From Chrysomallon squamiferum (taxonomy: Eukaryota; Animalia; Mollusca): a stretch of DNA of 64,000 nt. Position numbers and translations under genes: made by a program. This document shows, piece by piece, positions 38,594 to 55,355 of the stretch (position 1 is its first letter; each line of letters begins with the position of its first letter). The notes under the pieces are model-generated. The model was not told the DNA's origin. It saw only the letters and a program-made list of their open reading frames with translations, and made no database searches. The stretch lies in assembly GCA_012295275.1 (NCBI GenBank), contig CM022672.1, positions 21,514,001-21,578,000 of the forward strand, in the 5' to 3' direction.

Positions 38594-40895
38594 TATTAGG
38601 TTTAATGTGATACAGCCAAGAAAAGATCTTTATTGTTATTTTAAACGTATGGCATCTGAATTTATTCTTACATCAAGGTTATGTCCTGAAATGAAATTGT
38701 TTTGTTTTGTAAAAAAAAAAAAAAAAAAAAAAAAACATAAAAAAAAAAAAATGTATTGGTTTTATTTAGTTATTTATTGCATGATTCCTGTGAGTGAGTA
38801 TAATGTAAAACTGTGCAATAGTATTTTTTTTTTTTTTTAAGATTAATGAACACAACAAAATCATATTATTTACGTTGTGATTTGCTCTTTAAAATGCCTG
38901 ACGTATGACGACAAACTCTTTACGGTTAGGGTAAACAACACGCGAAGAAATATAAACTGGTTAAAGCCATAAATAATTTAAAGAATATTTTAGTCTTAAT
39001 TTGTAAAGAAAAATAAATAATACATTTATGTTATTTACTTTAAACGTCGCGTGTCTTCTGCATGCTGGGTTCTGAGAGACGTGGAGATCGATGTAAATAT
39101 TTTATTTTGTAAATACATATTTTTATTTTCATATTTTTCGTCTGTTTTCATTGAATTTTAATTATTTTTTTATTATTATTATTATTAGTAGTAGTAGTAG
39201 TAGTAGTTATATCTTTTATCTTGTCATTTTAATTTTTATGACATTATTTATTTTAAATATATTTTTATTTCGTCTTGAAAAAAATGGCGCAAATGCGAAA
39301 TGGGCGTGGCCCCAATGATGTAAATCGGTCGGGGTATTATTGTAAAGTTGTGTGAGAATATGGATTGAAAACCTGAGCATGTGTTCCTAAAAAATTAATA
39401 AATAATAAAAAATAAATAAATAAATAAATAAATAAGTAAATAAAAAAATACACATTTCTTTTATGCCTGTTTACATAACTGGTTACATATGTTGTCTTAT
39501 CAAGAAAGAAATACTAAAGGTGTCTAAATTTTTATACGTGGCATTGCATTCGTATATAACCACACCTAAATATGTAGAAGTACATCACGTGGTACATCTA
39601 TAAAGTGCTGTGACACCTGGTCAGTTTATAAACATTAAATGTGGTTATCAAGATTAGGAAAAGAATATCTCTGTCTATATCTATCTATCTATATATATGG
39701 TTATATTGATTTTAAAATAATAATAAAAAAAAAAAAAATTGAATAACGCTGATAATATTTACTTCAATTATTACAAATTAATAGCCTACTTTTTAGATGC
39801 ATGCAAGCTCTACAAAATATACACGGCTAATATTAATTCTACACAACTGTTTGTAAATCGAATGCATTAAAATTAAAGTCGTTTCAGTTTCCCTGTTAAA
39901 TGGGGACATATCGATTGAGACGAGGAAACATATGGTGGTTTTTATTGTATTACTAGCACAAGTGTCAACATGTGATACGTAGTTGTCAACACAACGTATT
40001 TTAATGTTTATTATTAGCTTAGCTATTGTCACGTTATAAATGATTGGTTAAAATGGAGCCCTGTGTCTTTATGTTAGATATAAAGTTTGTCCTCAACGAA
40101 GACCATTTGAACTTTTTCATAAGGGTCATGATAGCTAACATGATGCTGATTGTAGCAGAAGAAAGAGGTTAACTCATCGAACTTTATAAGCAAAAACAAA
40201 ACAAAAATACAAATAAAAGGTACAAAAAAACAATCCAAACAGTAAATAAATAAATAAGTAAACAAACAAACAAACAAACAAAAACACACACAAAGATGTA
40301 TACATATAAACAGACAAAAACACACACAAAGATCTATATATATATATGCACATATGTGAATCCTTTTAGTCGTTAACAAAACATACCGAATGTCAAAAAG
40401 ACTTTCTTTTCGACATGTATATTTATCAGTATATTCTCTCCAGTTTTGAATTTCAGTATTTACAAAATTATTTTGTTTCTTGGGGTTTTGGTTTTTTTTT
40501 TCTGCAGATGATTAAATAATGGTCAACAATCCGTTTCAAAAGAAAAAGGAAACCTGAAATCGAATAACCACCATTTAAGAAATGGAAATTACAAAACACA
40601 CCAGCCAAGAACAGAAAGAGAAGAAAGAAAGAAAAAAAACCCCCAACAAATTGTCAAAGAAAAAAAGAAAAGAAAAAAAAGCGCACGTAAATATTCAACC
40701 AAACAACTAAAATATCAGCGTGACTTTAATATACGTTATTTATTATGTCTGTTGAAAACAAAATAAACGGTATATTCTATGACATTTAAAGACATGCAGT
40801 AACAGTTTTTTTTTGTTTTGTTTTTTTCCCGAGCTCAGTGACATCTGATGATAATGATTGCGAAGTTTCGTCAATAACGAAGACATGATTCAGTT

Positions 40896-42293
<1,398 letters not shown>

Positions 42294-43081
42294 GAGCACT
42301 TCTAAATTCGAGACTGTTACAATTTAACGTCTGGAAAATCGTCTGCCGCTTAAGCAATTAACAACTTCCAGTAACAAACTCTTCAAGAAGACTAACAATA
42401 GTAATTATTACGCTGGTATTGAATTAACTGCGGATTACACGAGTATGAACATAATACCAGTTATAAACACCGTGCCACGCATTTCGATATTCGATTAAAA
42501 CCTTTGTATGAAGAGCCCATAACTTACTTAAATAAATGTATCTTTACTGTCATTGTTATGTTTATGTATAATATACGGTGAACGTTTATTTTATTTGTTT
42601 AAGGTATTAATTCGTCTAAAAAAGCCTTGAGTATTAAACGTTGAATAACAAAATTTAATACATTTTTTTTTTTCAAACAAATAAATTGTCTGTTTTGTTT
42701 TATTAATTTGTTTTATATTATATAAATTAAATATTTGAAATATTTATATAAGACTATGTTTATAAAATATACACACCTAAAATTAAATAAAAATAAAAAA
42801 TAAAAAGGAAAAAAAATGCATATGTTTAAAAACGTTTCAAAAGAGAGCAGTAAAATAAAATAATATAAAATAAAATAATAACAATAATAATCGTAAAAAT
42901 AATGATGATGATGATAATAATAATAATAATAATAAATATTATTATTATTATTATTATTATTGTAGTAGTAGTAATAATAGTAGTAGTAGTACATTTACAG
43001 TAATCTGCCATCACACAGTGAAACATGTTATTCTCTTTTTCTTATTGAAAGATTTGATTTCAATTTTTATTATTATTATTA

Positions 43082-43113
<32 letters not shown>

Positions 43114-43428
43114 CAGTTGTAATCAAACAATACCATATAAAAACTGCACAAACTTAAAAAGACTTGTCCAATCAATAAATATCATATACAGACACCTAAG
43201 CTGAACAGATAATCCCTAATTTTACGACTGTGTTTTTATTAATATTGCTGATTACAAGAGAGGTTATATTTTGAAAAAAAGAAAAACTGTACTCTAACTA
43301 CGTATTTTGCTGTTCGGTTAGAATAGCAGTATTTTGAATCTTACCCCCTTGTTTTTGAAAACGGTTTTGACGAAAATATCATTAATGAAACCAAAATAAC
43401 CATGTGTAGATCCTTCTTAGTTACACTG

Positions 43429-43485
<57 letters not shown>

Positions 43486-44153
43486 CATATATACTCAGGC
43501 ATACACTCGTACGCCATCACCCACGTACTCAGACATAAGATAATTCTTGTTGTACTAGAACAATAGTTGACTTTTTCCTTAGCATTAAAATATCCGCTCA
43601 ATAACATCCACATTCTTGTAAAATCGACCTTAAAAAAAAACAAAAAACTTTTCAAACAAAATGGTAGCCACCTCTGATATATGCACACATACCCAAATAT
43701 AATAACAATTATAAAAACATTGCATAATAATAATGACCCATTTGCTATCTCTCATACATTTTGCATTGTCTCTTGCCCCATCAGTTTAATTATATTTTTT
43801 TAATACAAATTACTTAAAAACCAATCCGCTAAAATAACACATGTAATCACTAATAAATAATGAAAAAAAAAAAAAATCAAATAACAAAAAAAAAAAAAAT
43901 GCTGATTATGAATGATATTTATTACCACTAGTAATAATAATTTTTTTCATTTGAATCAATTCATTTTCACCAGGATAAAATAGGTTATGGATTATCTGTA
44001 TATTTAAAACGTAAATCAATAGTCTGTGATATTTGAAACGTATATTAATCTTCGTTATGTGTCTTTTTTCTTTCTTTTTTTGTGCACGTGTCTTTATAGG
44101 TCATTTTTTTTCTTTTCTTTTTTTATTTTTTTCGATTTACGCGCTGTTGAGTT

Positions 44154-44295
44154 CTATTTTCTGCCGGGTATTCTTCTAACGGGTATGTCCTCATCCATTA
44201 ACATCTCCTCTTCCGTGGCACAGTAGATCTTCTCACCCCTGAACACTTCAACATTCACACAGTAACTTTTGAGGTCGAAACATTTGCTGTTGAAA

Positions 44296-44361
<66 letters not shown>

Positions 44362-44762
44362 TACAACAACAACAAGATTAATATGCGAAACAAATGTACT
44401 GTTTCATAAATTGATGTATTCAGAATAGCAATAATACATCACTGATATATATATATATATCTACCTTTCTATTTATCTTTCTATCTATCTATCTATCTGT
44501 CTATCTATCTATATAATATAGAAAGAGAAAAAGAGAGATGAAAGTGAGAGCGAGACAGAGAGAGAAAGAGACATACATAAATAAATGTGTGTATGAAACT
44601 AGTATAAATAAATGAATATAATAAACAAAATAAAATAGACCCTCACCATAAGTCACTTCACAGACATACACTGACAAACAACAACAATAAAGAAACATTT
44701 ATTTTCGAATTTTTGGCTCTTCGTACAAAGATTTTAATGGAATTTTGAAAAGCGGTGCGGTA

Positions 44763-44809
<47 letters not shown>

Positions 44810-45203
44810 ATATTTACATTCATACACACACACACACACACACACACACGTATATTTACATTCATACACACACACACACACACACGTATATGTACATTCA
44901 CATACATACACACACACACACACTCACATATTCTATATATATGAAAAAAAATGCATATACAAAGAAAAGAAGGACGTACGTTTTGTAACAGCAGTTTCTC
45001 GTGCCTTTTTTACAGGAACAGGCTATGCCATGACATGGGGTAGAAACGGACGCTCCGTCATTAGCCAAATCCGGTCCTTTGATTATACAGTCATCCCGTG
45101 TCCCTGAAAGTATTGAAAAATATCTTTAACTAATGCACATCTTCTTGTAACCTAAGTGGTTTGAAAAGCGTAATATGGCTGCTGAAAGATAATGTAGTTA
45201 CCA

Positions 45204-45288
<85 letters not shown>

Positions 45289-45436
45289 AAAACAAATACG
45301 TGTCTTTCTAATCGTATTTGCATCAAAGATAAAATGAAAAAGAAAAATCTAAACGATCTTCAGTTAACAGCAATTTTCGTAATAAAAACATTCTATTTTA
45401 GTACAGAGAGTTAGTTTTTTCTTTATCTAACCAAGA

Positions 45437-45499
<63 letters not shown>

Positions 45500-45883
45500 C
45501 GTTTTCAGCTTTGAGATTATAAATTAAAAACGGTCTTCTATTGTTTTTTTAATTCTTATTTTGTCCAAGAGTTCGTTTTATATAAAATTAAACCGGTATA
45601 TTTAAATCAATTTATAATTTAAAACAAACACTAATCAAAGTATAGAATTTTCCGTTAAATTATGGAGCATAAAACATTATCGTAAATTACAGCCATACAT
45701 CTACGTATTGCAAAAAAACAACAACAAAAACAACAAATTAGATTTGTCAAACTGAAATACTGACATAAGAAATCCGGCCTTACCTGAGGACTCAATGTAC
45801 GAAACAGTTATATCTTTAGAGGGACATGTTCCAGTAACTTTTGGTATCAGCACCAAAAGTGAGAAAAATAAAAGTTTCATCAT
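44154..45883 (-). CDS. Secreted 10-Cys beta-microseminoprotein-like protein, paralog 2 (118 aa)
   Basis: Exons 45883-45784, 45103-44980, 44286-44154 (357 nt): MMKLLFFSLLVLIPKVTG-TCPSKDITVSYIESSGTRDDCIIKGPDLANDGASVSTPCHGIACSCKKGTRNCCYKTKCFDLKSYCVNVEVFRGEKIYCATEEEMLMDEDIPVRRIPGRK*. Confidence 0.85.
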
Positions 45884-45974
45884 CTTGTTCGATGTGATTT
45901 ATACAGGTTGATTTTTACAACGCAAGCTGAACTTCAAACGACGAAGAAAACTGCATCATCGACGAAGAGCCGTT

Positions 45975-45983
45975 ATTTATATA
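45975..45983 (-). promoter_or_regulatory. TATA box upstream of paralog 2
   Basis: TATATAAAT on the minus strand ~90 bp upstream of the ATG, followed by a GC-richer leader. Confidence 0.45.
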
Positions 45984-47947
45984 CGTCTCATTATTACTAT
46001 TTAAAATAATTTTGAAAAAAAGTTAATTATTTGCGACCATGTGTTTCCAGCACAAATTCAATATTGGGATAATTAAGTTGTTTTCATCCTTCGTCAACAA
46101 TAACCCATTGAACCATCAAAAAGTAAATAAATAAACAAATAATATAAAAAGATGTAATAAAATATAAAGAAATTATAGCAGAAGTCCGTAACGTTATAAC
46201 ATCGATTTTCTTCTTCAGTAATTTAATGATAAAGAATATCGTTTGCTGGTTTCAATTTCTAATGGTTTTTCATTTCAAACAATCTGTTCGTTTCTCTTTA
46301 TCTTTTATATGGATTAACATTTATGAATGATCTGAATCTTTTGTGAAAATCATTTTTGATCTTCGAAACTGGAGTAAAAATATTAATATGTTTTAATATT
46401 AAAAAAGAAAGAAAGAAATAAGTTCAAAATAGTAACAAATCACACTATTAAGTTTTATAACAAAGAAAACCAGTCGAAGGACATTTAAGTGTCCTTGGGG
46501 AAGAAAATATATTATTAAATGTTTGTAATAAAAAGACAGACAAATTGAAAGACATTCCTTAGGAATACCGTAAAACTTTATATATTACGTCTTTCTATGT
46601 TAAAAATTACGAAAACAGTATTTTGTTAAAAGTTACGAAGACTGTATTTTGTTGCTGTAAATACTAACACGGACCATCAGCTGTTAAAACATTTTGATGG
46701 TGGCCATGAGATTTCATTTAAAAGATGTGTGACAATATTATATTCAATTATTAAAAACTTATGGATATAATTATTAATATTTTGAAACGAAATGAAGAAG
46801 TAGTACAACGGATTGGTGAATAAAGACATGTACTTTGTTATTATTTAAGAACTATTTTGTGTCGATGTTAGCTAGAATGAAGTCTATAACAGTCAAGATA
46901 TCTGAATTGAGAAATTAAGCAGATAATTTAATTTTTTTTTTTCAATTATTTAGCACTGCCAGGTAAAAGAAATAAATGGCTAGTGTCTTTAGATTGTGTG
47001 TATGCGTGAATGCGTCCGCGCGTGAAGGCACGTGTAAATGGTATTAAACGTTTTTATGACGTTAGACAAAGAAATGACGTAACGGCATTGTCTACGAAAT
47101 CCGTTCATATGAAGTAACGCGGAGAAATCTTCACATAGATAAGCATTCGATGCTTGTTCTTCAGCAAAATAATTCTTTTTTCAGCTGCTACAGCAGAACA
47201 ATAACATTATTTCCGTGGAAGCAATCGTAATACTGGTCAAAACAATGAACCATGATGCGGTAATAATTTGATGTTTCAGTTCCTTTTGATTTTTAGACTT
47301 CGGATAGATTTAATCATAAAGTAATGTGATATCTTAGACTGATTGTTTATTTTGATAAAAAACAACACAACAACAAACAAACAAAAAAATAGACTCAGGT
47401 AAATCGAGCCTCACTCCTCTGCCCAGATTAAGTAACTATTTTTGTGTGTATGTGTTTATTTATATGGGCGAGAGTGTGCATTTGAGAATGTACGTATTCA
47501 TTTGCGTGTGTGTATATGTGTTTAAAAGACAGACCAACAGATAAACAGATATATAGTTAGATAGATAAATAGATGGACAGGCAGGACAAACAAATAGGTA
47601 GACGGACAAAGAAACAGATATATCCGTGTATGTGTGAATACATATTCACATACGACAGTAAAAACCTTTTTGGCTGGAATTAGAAAAATCATAGATATAG
47701 TCATAAATTTATAGTTTCTGCGATTTAAACTGATATTTTGAGGCAATTATTTTTCAGTAATAAACGTGATATGTGCACTAATATTTCAGTGGGATGTGTA
47801 TATTAATGGATTTTAATGCAAATTTAGGTAAGTAATAGAAAGTCAGTGTTGTTGGTTTGAAATCCTGCACGTTGACACTAATTTGGACACGTGTACGTAA
47901 TCAAAAACAAATGGATGAATGTACTTGCTGAAGGCCAAGTCGAGAAT

Positions 47948-48053
<106 letters not shown>

Positions 48054-48225
48054 ACAGCGACAAGATAAAATATTATCTATGTCTTCTCATTTAATAGCTA
48101 ATCTGAGCAGTTAATGTTATATATCATTAAGCGAAATTCAGTGTAATTACAGAACAGGCCGGCTAACGTCTGGTTTAATACTTCCAGCGCACCATCTGCT
48201 TTGTAGTTCAAACAGATTTACATGG

Positions 48226-48636
48226 AAATTAATTTATTCAATATGTATAATTTTTAATGAAAATTTCCCAATGAATCAGCATCTAAGAAAAAAAAAAAAA
48301 AAAAATTTGCTTTCAAGGAAATATTATTTTATGGACGTCATTTTTTGATATCAGTCAGTCATAGATGATTGATTATAATTCGTTATCTTACAACATATCA
48401 AAATGTTGTAACTGCTATTGTGTTTGTTATTATTCTTATTAGGAGTATAAGTGCTATTCTAGAAATGCTAACGGAACTAATAATAACATTGCAGCTACTA
48501 CAACTACTACTACGAATAATAATAATAATAAATTTGTTTATACTTTGTTCAGTTTGCTAATTCAGAAGAATCACTAACCATGGTTCTTACAAATTCACAT
48601 GCACACAAATATCCAACTCTTATCGTCAGCTGATAC

Positions 48637-48723
<87 letters not shown>

Positions 48724-48880
48724 CAACCCCCCCCACACACACACACATGTATATATATATTTTGAAAACATTGATATTGATCAGTTTTATTTGAATTCTT
48801 CAGTAGTTACTTGTTGTTAACGAAATGGTTATCACCATCACCCCAATAATATAGAACCTAAAAACTTTTAAAACATTTTT

Positions 48881-48932
<52 letters not shown>

Positions 48933-49246
48933 AAGATATACTGTAAGATAACGAATTATAATCAATCATCTATGACTTACTGATATCAAAAAATGACGTC
49001 CATAAAATAATATATCCTTGAAATCAAATTTTTTTTTTTTTTTCTTAGATGCTGATTCATTGGGAAATTTTCATTAAAAATTATACATTTTTTATAAATT
49101 AATTTTCAAGGGACGTACTTAAATACGTATTTTGAAAACATTGATATTGATCAGTTTTATTTGAATTCTTCAGTAGTTTAAGTTACTTGTTGCTATCACG
49201 CCAATAATATAGAACCTAAAAACATTTTAAACATTTTTGATGATTA

Positions 49247-49282
<36 letters not shown>

Positions 49283-49432
49283 TGTATGTATGTATGTATG
49301 TATGTATGTGTATATATATTTGGGGTGATCGTGATAGCCATTTCGTTAACAACAAATAACTTAAACTACTGAAGAATTCAAATAGAACTTATCAACATCA
49401 ATGTTTTCAAAATACGAATTTAAGTATATCCC
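48226..49432. repeat. Nested inverted/direct repeat complex between paralogs 2 and 3
   Basis: Unit A (~165 bp, 48226-48392) is inverted at ~48942-49106. Unit B (~130 bp, 48758-48890) recurs directly at ~49128-49250 and inverted at ~49313-49432, with (CA)n, (TA)n and (TATG)n spacers. Confidence 0.85.
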
Positions 49433-50306
49433 TTTAGGCATAATCTAGGTATTTCAAACATGTCCACATATTTATTAGTTTAAACATTACTGCTTATGAA
49501 ATAAATATAAGACATCATTTTTACTTTACGCAAATCAGTAGGGCAAGATATTTGTACTGAAAGGGAAAAAGGCCGTTCACAGGCGCCTTGCCTCGTACCG
49601 ATATTCAAACATCAAACATTTTTCTGTGGAAAAGGCGAGGGAAGTTATTTACTTTAGTCTATAATAATCAACCGCAGGCACAATGCTTTCACAGAAAGAG
49701 GGAGGCTTATTTTGATGTATTTGCATTTGATGGCACTAAATAAATAGAAATATTAGACTTTTGTTTGCTAAAACCAGGACAAAAATGATAAAATAATTAA
49801 GTAAATAAATAAATAAAATTAAATAAAATTAAATTAAATTAATAATCAAGTGGACCTGAGAAACTACTCGCTTTGTTCACAGCTTCTCCCCCGTGGCAAG
49901 AACGAAGAGCTTTCAGGCAGAAGTTACCAAGGTTACTAAAGTGGCTGACTACCTCTGTTGATGTTTGATATTCAGGATAGGCATTTGAACCTGACTTTCA
50001 TATCTATGCTAACTGAAATACATTAACTGAAGCATACTTAGACTTAGAAAAATTATTCCTGTTGTGAGTTGTAAAATGATCCTCAAGACAGATAACATTC
50101 TGTTACATTTATGATGCAGATGAAGAAACTAACCTCATTTCAAAACAGTAAATAAAATAAAATAAACAAACAACGTGAACATATTATTTTTCATATTGGT
50201 ATTTATTCGTATTCATACTTAGGTATTTAGCTTTATTACATATTCCATTATTCTGTTGGTCCAAGAGTTATCTTTCATAGATATCTTTAACAACTACAAC
50301 AGTTCA

Positions 50307-51363
50307 TTATGTCTTGGTCGGTGTCTCAACAACATCCTCCACGTTAGCTTTGCACGACATTTTTTTCTCATCGGCGTTGTACATGACGTCACATTTTGGA
50401 CCGACTTTCATACAACGCCTGCAAATGATGAAGATAATTCTTTTATTTGTTCAGAATGTGTTAATTTGATGTAATGATATCAGTCACAGCTAATACATAC
50501 ACCGTATCTATGGTGACCTTTCATTGCATTAAAAAAAAAAAAATAAGTAAATAATTACATAAAATTAAATAAAAACAATAAATAAATAAACAAATAAAAA
50601 ATAAATAAATAAATAAAATAATAAATAATAATAATAAATAAAATCAAAATTAAATATTAAAACTTAAATTCGTTCTAGTCGGACGGTATCATAGTTCACC
50701 TTCTGAGTGCGGACAAATGGGTGTCCTTCTGTGATAAACTACAGCGTCTAATACGTACCTCCCTACTTATTTACCTATATACTTACCTACAAACAGATAA
50801 TTAAGAATCTCAACAATAAATACATTTAAAAATCAAAAACTTCTTTTCTCGTATCCTTTTCATAGATCAGCTCTATCATACATAAATCATGTTGTATAAA
50901 AATATGAAACTGCGCAAGGACCTTATAATGACATACAGAAAAGCATCTAAAGACACAGATCTTTGGAGAAAATATCTCCCCACGATCGAGAGGTTCTGAA
51001 ATGATTCATCTAGATGTTTTTGCAAGAACTGAATTTTGTTAATGACAAATATGTACGTGTATAGAAGTATGTATAGTCTTCGTAGGTGTGTATGTGTGTG
51101 TGTTTGTGTTTGTGTGGGTGGGTGGGTGGGTGTGTTTGTTGGAATTACTCACTTTCCTCGACAGCAGGTGACAGCGGTACCTTTGCACGTGCATTTAAAG
51201 CCGCAGGCTGTCACAACACTGCTGCCATCTTTGGTCAGCTTCGGGCCTTTGATATCACATGCTTCTGTAACCTCATCATTTTCTAAAAAAAAAAAAAAAA
51301 TATTATAAAAATTTAAAAAAAAATAAATAAAAGGAAAAATAATTAGAAAGAAAAAAAAAAAAA

Positions 51364-51456
<93 letters not shown>

Positions 51457-52610
51457 ACAACCAAACAAGCAATAATAAATACAAAAAGTACCGTATATAC
51501 TTGTGTACATGGCGACCTTATGTATAAGTCGATGTGTATTTTTAGACCAAAAATTGCGTCATTTTAGGTATTACTTGTGTATAAGTCGACTGTAGATTCC
51601 AGGCACCATCACTATTTTTAGACCAGTGTGACAGTGCCATGAAGGCCTACATTGTACGCCTACTGTAACATAACTTGCACGAGCTGTAACTTGCACGAAC
51701 ATACCATAATAACGTAAATGCATGTATTACACGAGCTATAGCCTAAATGTATCATAAATGGTATCTCTTTAATGTAATAGGTCTAACATGGAGACCTAAC
51801 TTACCGTTATATTTAGCCGTTCTATGATTTACAAAATTTGTCGGTAGTGGATATATATGACGATTGCAATATTATTTCACCAAATTCTTTACAATTAAAC
51901 AAATGAGTTTTGTTTATGAAATTAGGACCGATATTTAGTGCAATTTGGCAGAGAAGTCTGCATTCCTAGATCATTGCAGGACGCCGTAAGGCATAACGCC
52001 GTACTGACGGTTTTCTCGCTTTAAAATGTATTTTTATGTCATTAAACGGAAGAATATCATGTTTTACATTCATATTTGGTTTTGTTATTTAATTTTTCAA
52101 AATTTTTTATTCGATAAAATTATATTTTTGAAAAGCTGAAAGACCGCGATTATTTTAGATGCATCCCGTAGCAAAAAATAGTCAAAATGGCGACTCTTCA
52201 GCAACAGCTACAAAAGCATTACCTATGTATAAGTCGACCCCCAAAATATTACCTTAATATAGTCTCCCAAAAATTCGACTTATACACAAGTATATACGGT
52301 ATATGAATCAACACTCTATTTAATTCTTATTTATTGGTGTCTCTCAGTCTACGTCTTCTGAGAGGTCTATGCCTATTTGCCTCTCTTTTCCATTCTCTGT
52401 ATGTATATTTTTGTTGTTGTTGTTGTTGTTGTTGTTGCTGTTGTGTGTGTGTGTGTATGTACATATCTATAAGTAAATATAGATAGATATTTACATATCA
52501 TTAAACACACACAAACGCATACTAATATATTCCTTCAGACTACTGATTAATTTCAGGAAAAAGAAAGAGAATACGACTGAAAGAATGAAAGAAACGGGGA
52601 CAGGAAAAAC

Positions 52611-52707
<97 letters not shown>

Positions 52708-53106
52708 TTATATTTATTGTTTAATTACAACATTAGCGAAAGACTTTTGAAATCATGTCACAGATGTCAGCATAACAGCCAGCGCTCAATTATTGAACAT
52801 TTTGAGGCAACTATCGAAAGACCTGTACATTATTACGACATTAACTTTTCCCCATTTTATGAACAATTTTTATTAATATAATAAATACTGTCACCTCTTT
52901 GATTATAAGGTATATTAACAAAATCATAGAAGCCATTGATATAGTATTAGATAATAAATAACATAAATTAGCTTCTAAGAACAAAACGAGCCAGAAATGC
53001 TTTCGCAATCCTTACCTGAGACAAAGAACAGAATATCACGTTTCTTACAGGCAGCTGAGATGGCGGGGATAATCGCCAGCAACAACACCAACGTTGCATA
53101 CGACAT
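50307..53106 (-). CDS. Secreted 10-Cys beta-microseminoprotein-like protein, paralog 3 (110 aa)
   Basis: Exons 53106-53016, 51282-51153, 50418-50307 (333 nt): MSYATLVLLLAIIPAISA-ACKKRDILFFVSENDEVTEACDIKGPKLTKDGSSVVTACGFKCTCKGTAVTCCRGKRCMKVGPKCDVMYNADEKKMSCKANVEDVVETPTKT*. Confidence 0.85.
51491..52299. mobile_element. Non-autonomous Tc1/mariner-superfamily (pogo/Tc2-like) MITE in intron 1 of paralog 3
   Basis: TIR ccgtatatacttgtgta at 51491 and tacacaagtatatacgg ending at 52299; TA on both flanks; internal repeats of tgtataagtcga; no ORF. Confidence 0.88.
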
Positions 53107-53251
53107 GATGAGTCTTAATGGTACTGCACGTCGTTTCTTAGTTCAGCGTTTATTTTAAAAGTGGTTTGACCAGATGTTTCAGTAAAGAATTGATTTTGCA
53201 CTTACAATTTGGAATAATGATTGTGTTCTCCTTTGCTCAATCCTCAATCCA

Positions 53252-53324
<73 letters not shown>

Positions 53325-53483
53325 CTTTCTATTTGATTTGTTTAAAGGTGTATCGCACGTACACAAACATAAAAATATCATAAAATGAATAATGACATAA
53401 GTTATTTGTTTTCTTTTGTTTGTATTTACAATCTAATTGTGAGATTGTTCAGTTTTAATGTTATATACTTCACCCTACGTATT

Positions 53484-53517
<34 letters not shown>

Positions 53518-53690
53518 CGTGTGTGCATGCGTTCATGTGTTTGTATGTATGTATGCAGTCTTGTGTTGTTATGTTATTGCTGTTGTTATTAAATCTTTAC
53601 ATATTTTATTATTATTATTATTATTATTAGTAGTAGTAGTAGTAGTTTACTTAAACGTAAACACACACTCCCACCCACCCATCCACCCAC

Positions 53691-53728
<38 letters not shown>

Positions 53729-54291
53729 TCTGCACAATCTGTATAACTGAATATTTAATGAAACTGGATGAATCACTCAGGCACTCTATCAACATCTTGA
53801 GTGAGTCAGAAAGTTTAAAGATTGCCTGAAATCAGTAATTCTTAAGACTACCTGATTTTACGTATTCCCTACATGTTGTCTGTATTTTAATGCATTGCTT
53901 ATAACATACATACACATATAACTTTTCTTTGGCAACTTTTGTTGACTGTATTTTAAAGCTGTATATTTGGGATTGTTGCTATTGAAATATTTTTATTTTA
54001 TAGTTTGTTTTTGCAGTGCCTTTGAAATTAGACAACATAATTAAATTTAAAAGAGATGAAAATTGTCGAGTCACGCTGAGGTAATAATGTACTTAAAACA
54101 ACATTCCTATACATTTTTTTATTTTTTTAAATAATAAATGTACCCACTGATTTGAGAAAACATAGCAACTTTAATGTGTATTCTACAACAAACAAACAAA
54201 GCAAGCAAGCAACAAATCAATCAGCTAACAAAAAACCAACTAAAAAAATAAACAAACAAAAAAAAGAAAAACAAACAAACAAAGAACCAAA

Positions 54292-54330
<39 letters not shown>

Positions 54331-54466
54331 ATGCAAGATTTAATTAAATGAAAATATTATTTTAGTTCAGGGTAGATAACCCTATAATTCTATTTTCTTT
54401 TCCATATCTGGCGCAGTTGTAGAACCTTTCATTTCGCTTTGCTATAATGTATTTGTTTTGATAAAA

Positions 54467-54519
<53 letters not shown>

Positions 54520-55173
54520 TACATTATAAACGTGAGTGTGTGTCTATGTGAATGTTTGTGATTTTATTAAAATAAAAATACATTATTACAAAGTTTAGGA
54601 AGAAATAGAACTACGGATGATTCTCGATTTCACGAATTAAGTGTCGAGGGATTACTGGTCCGCAAAATGCAGAAGTTTGGCAAATCGAGAATGTAAACAT
54701 TAACCTTAATTTTTACCGAAACATTAAACTTTAGTACATATAACAATTATATAATACAGTTATATAATAGTGTAAGAACAATATAGAGACATAAAAAATA
54801 AAAACAAATAAAAACGAATGTCATACAGTATATGTAAAGAAAAAAGTAAAAAAAAATGTAGGCTAGGTTGGGCGAAGTTTGTTAGGTTAGGATGGTTATG
54901 GATGTTGTTGTAAAATGTATTCTTATTTTGGTGGAAAGTGAACTGAGAGGGGATTGTCATGATCTTACAGTGGGACTCAGACTATCTTACCAGTTACCAG
55001 AGGTAAGTTTCAAATGGGGAATTGCATTAAGTTGAAATATTTAGACGTTTTTCCAGATTTAGCCCGGATTTCCCGAAATCCGTAACACAAAGGTCCATGA
55101 AATCGAGGGTGAACATTATTGGGCTACCTAGCCTTTAAGAAACAAACACACACAAAAACACACACACAAGCAA

Positions 55174-55229
<56 letters not shown>

Positions 55230-55355
55230 ATCTAAATTACATATAGTATACGACTTTATTGTTTACAACAATTACATAAATTTCTATTCGCAATTGTTAC
55301 ACGTGTGAAAGCTCTTTCATGGCGTTGTTTAAAATCGATTTGAATTTCAGCAACT

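Noticed and set aside
45001-45016. Suspected frameshift in paralog 2 exon 2 at a T homopolymer
   Set aside because: Recount gives six T (AAA AAA on the coding strand); the frame reads CSCKKGTRNCC and total CDS length is divisible by 3.
49540-50100. Possible tRNA, SINE head or ncRNA downstream of paralog 3
   Set aside because: Only a partial B-box-like ttgaacc and a short imperfect inverted repeat; no cloverleaf or defined ends.
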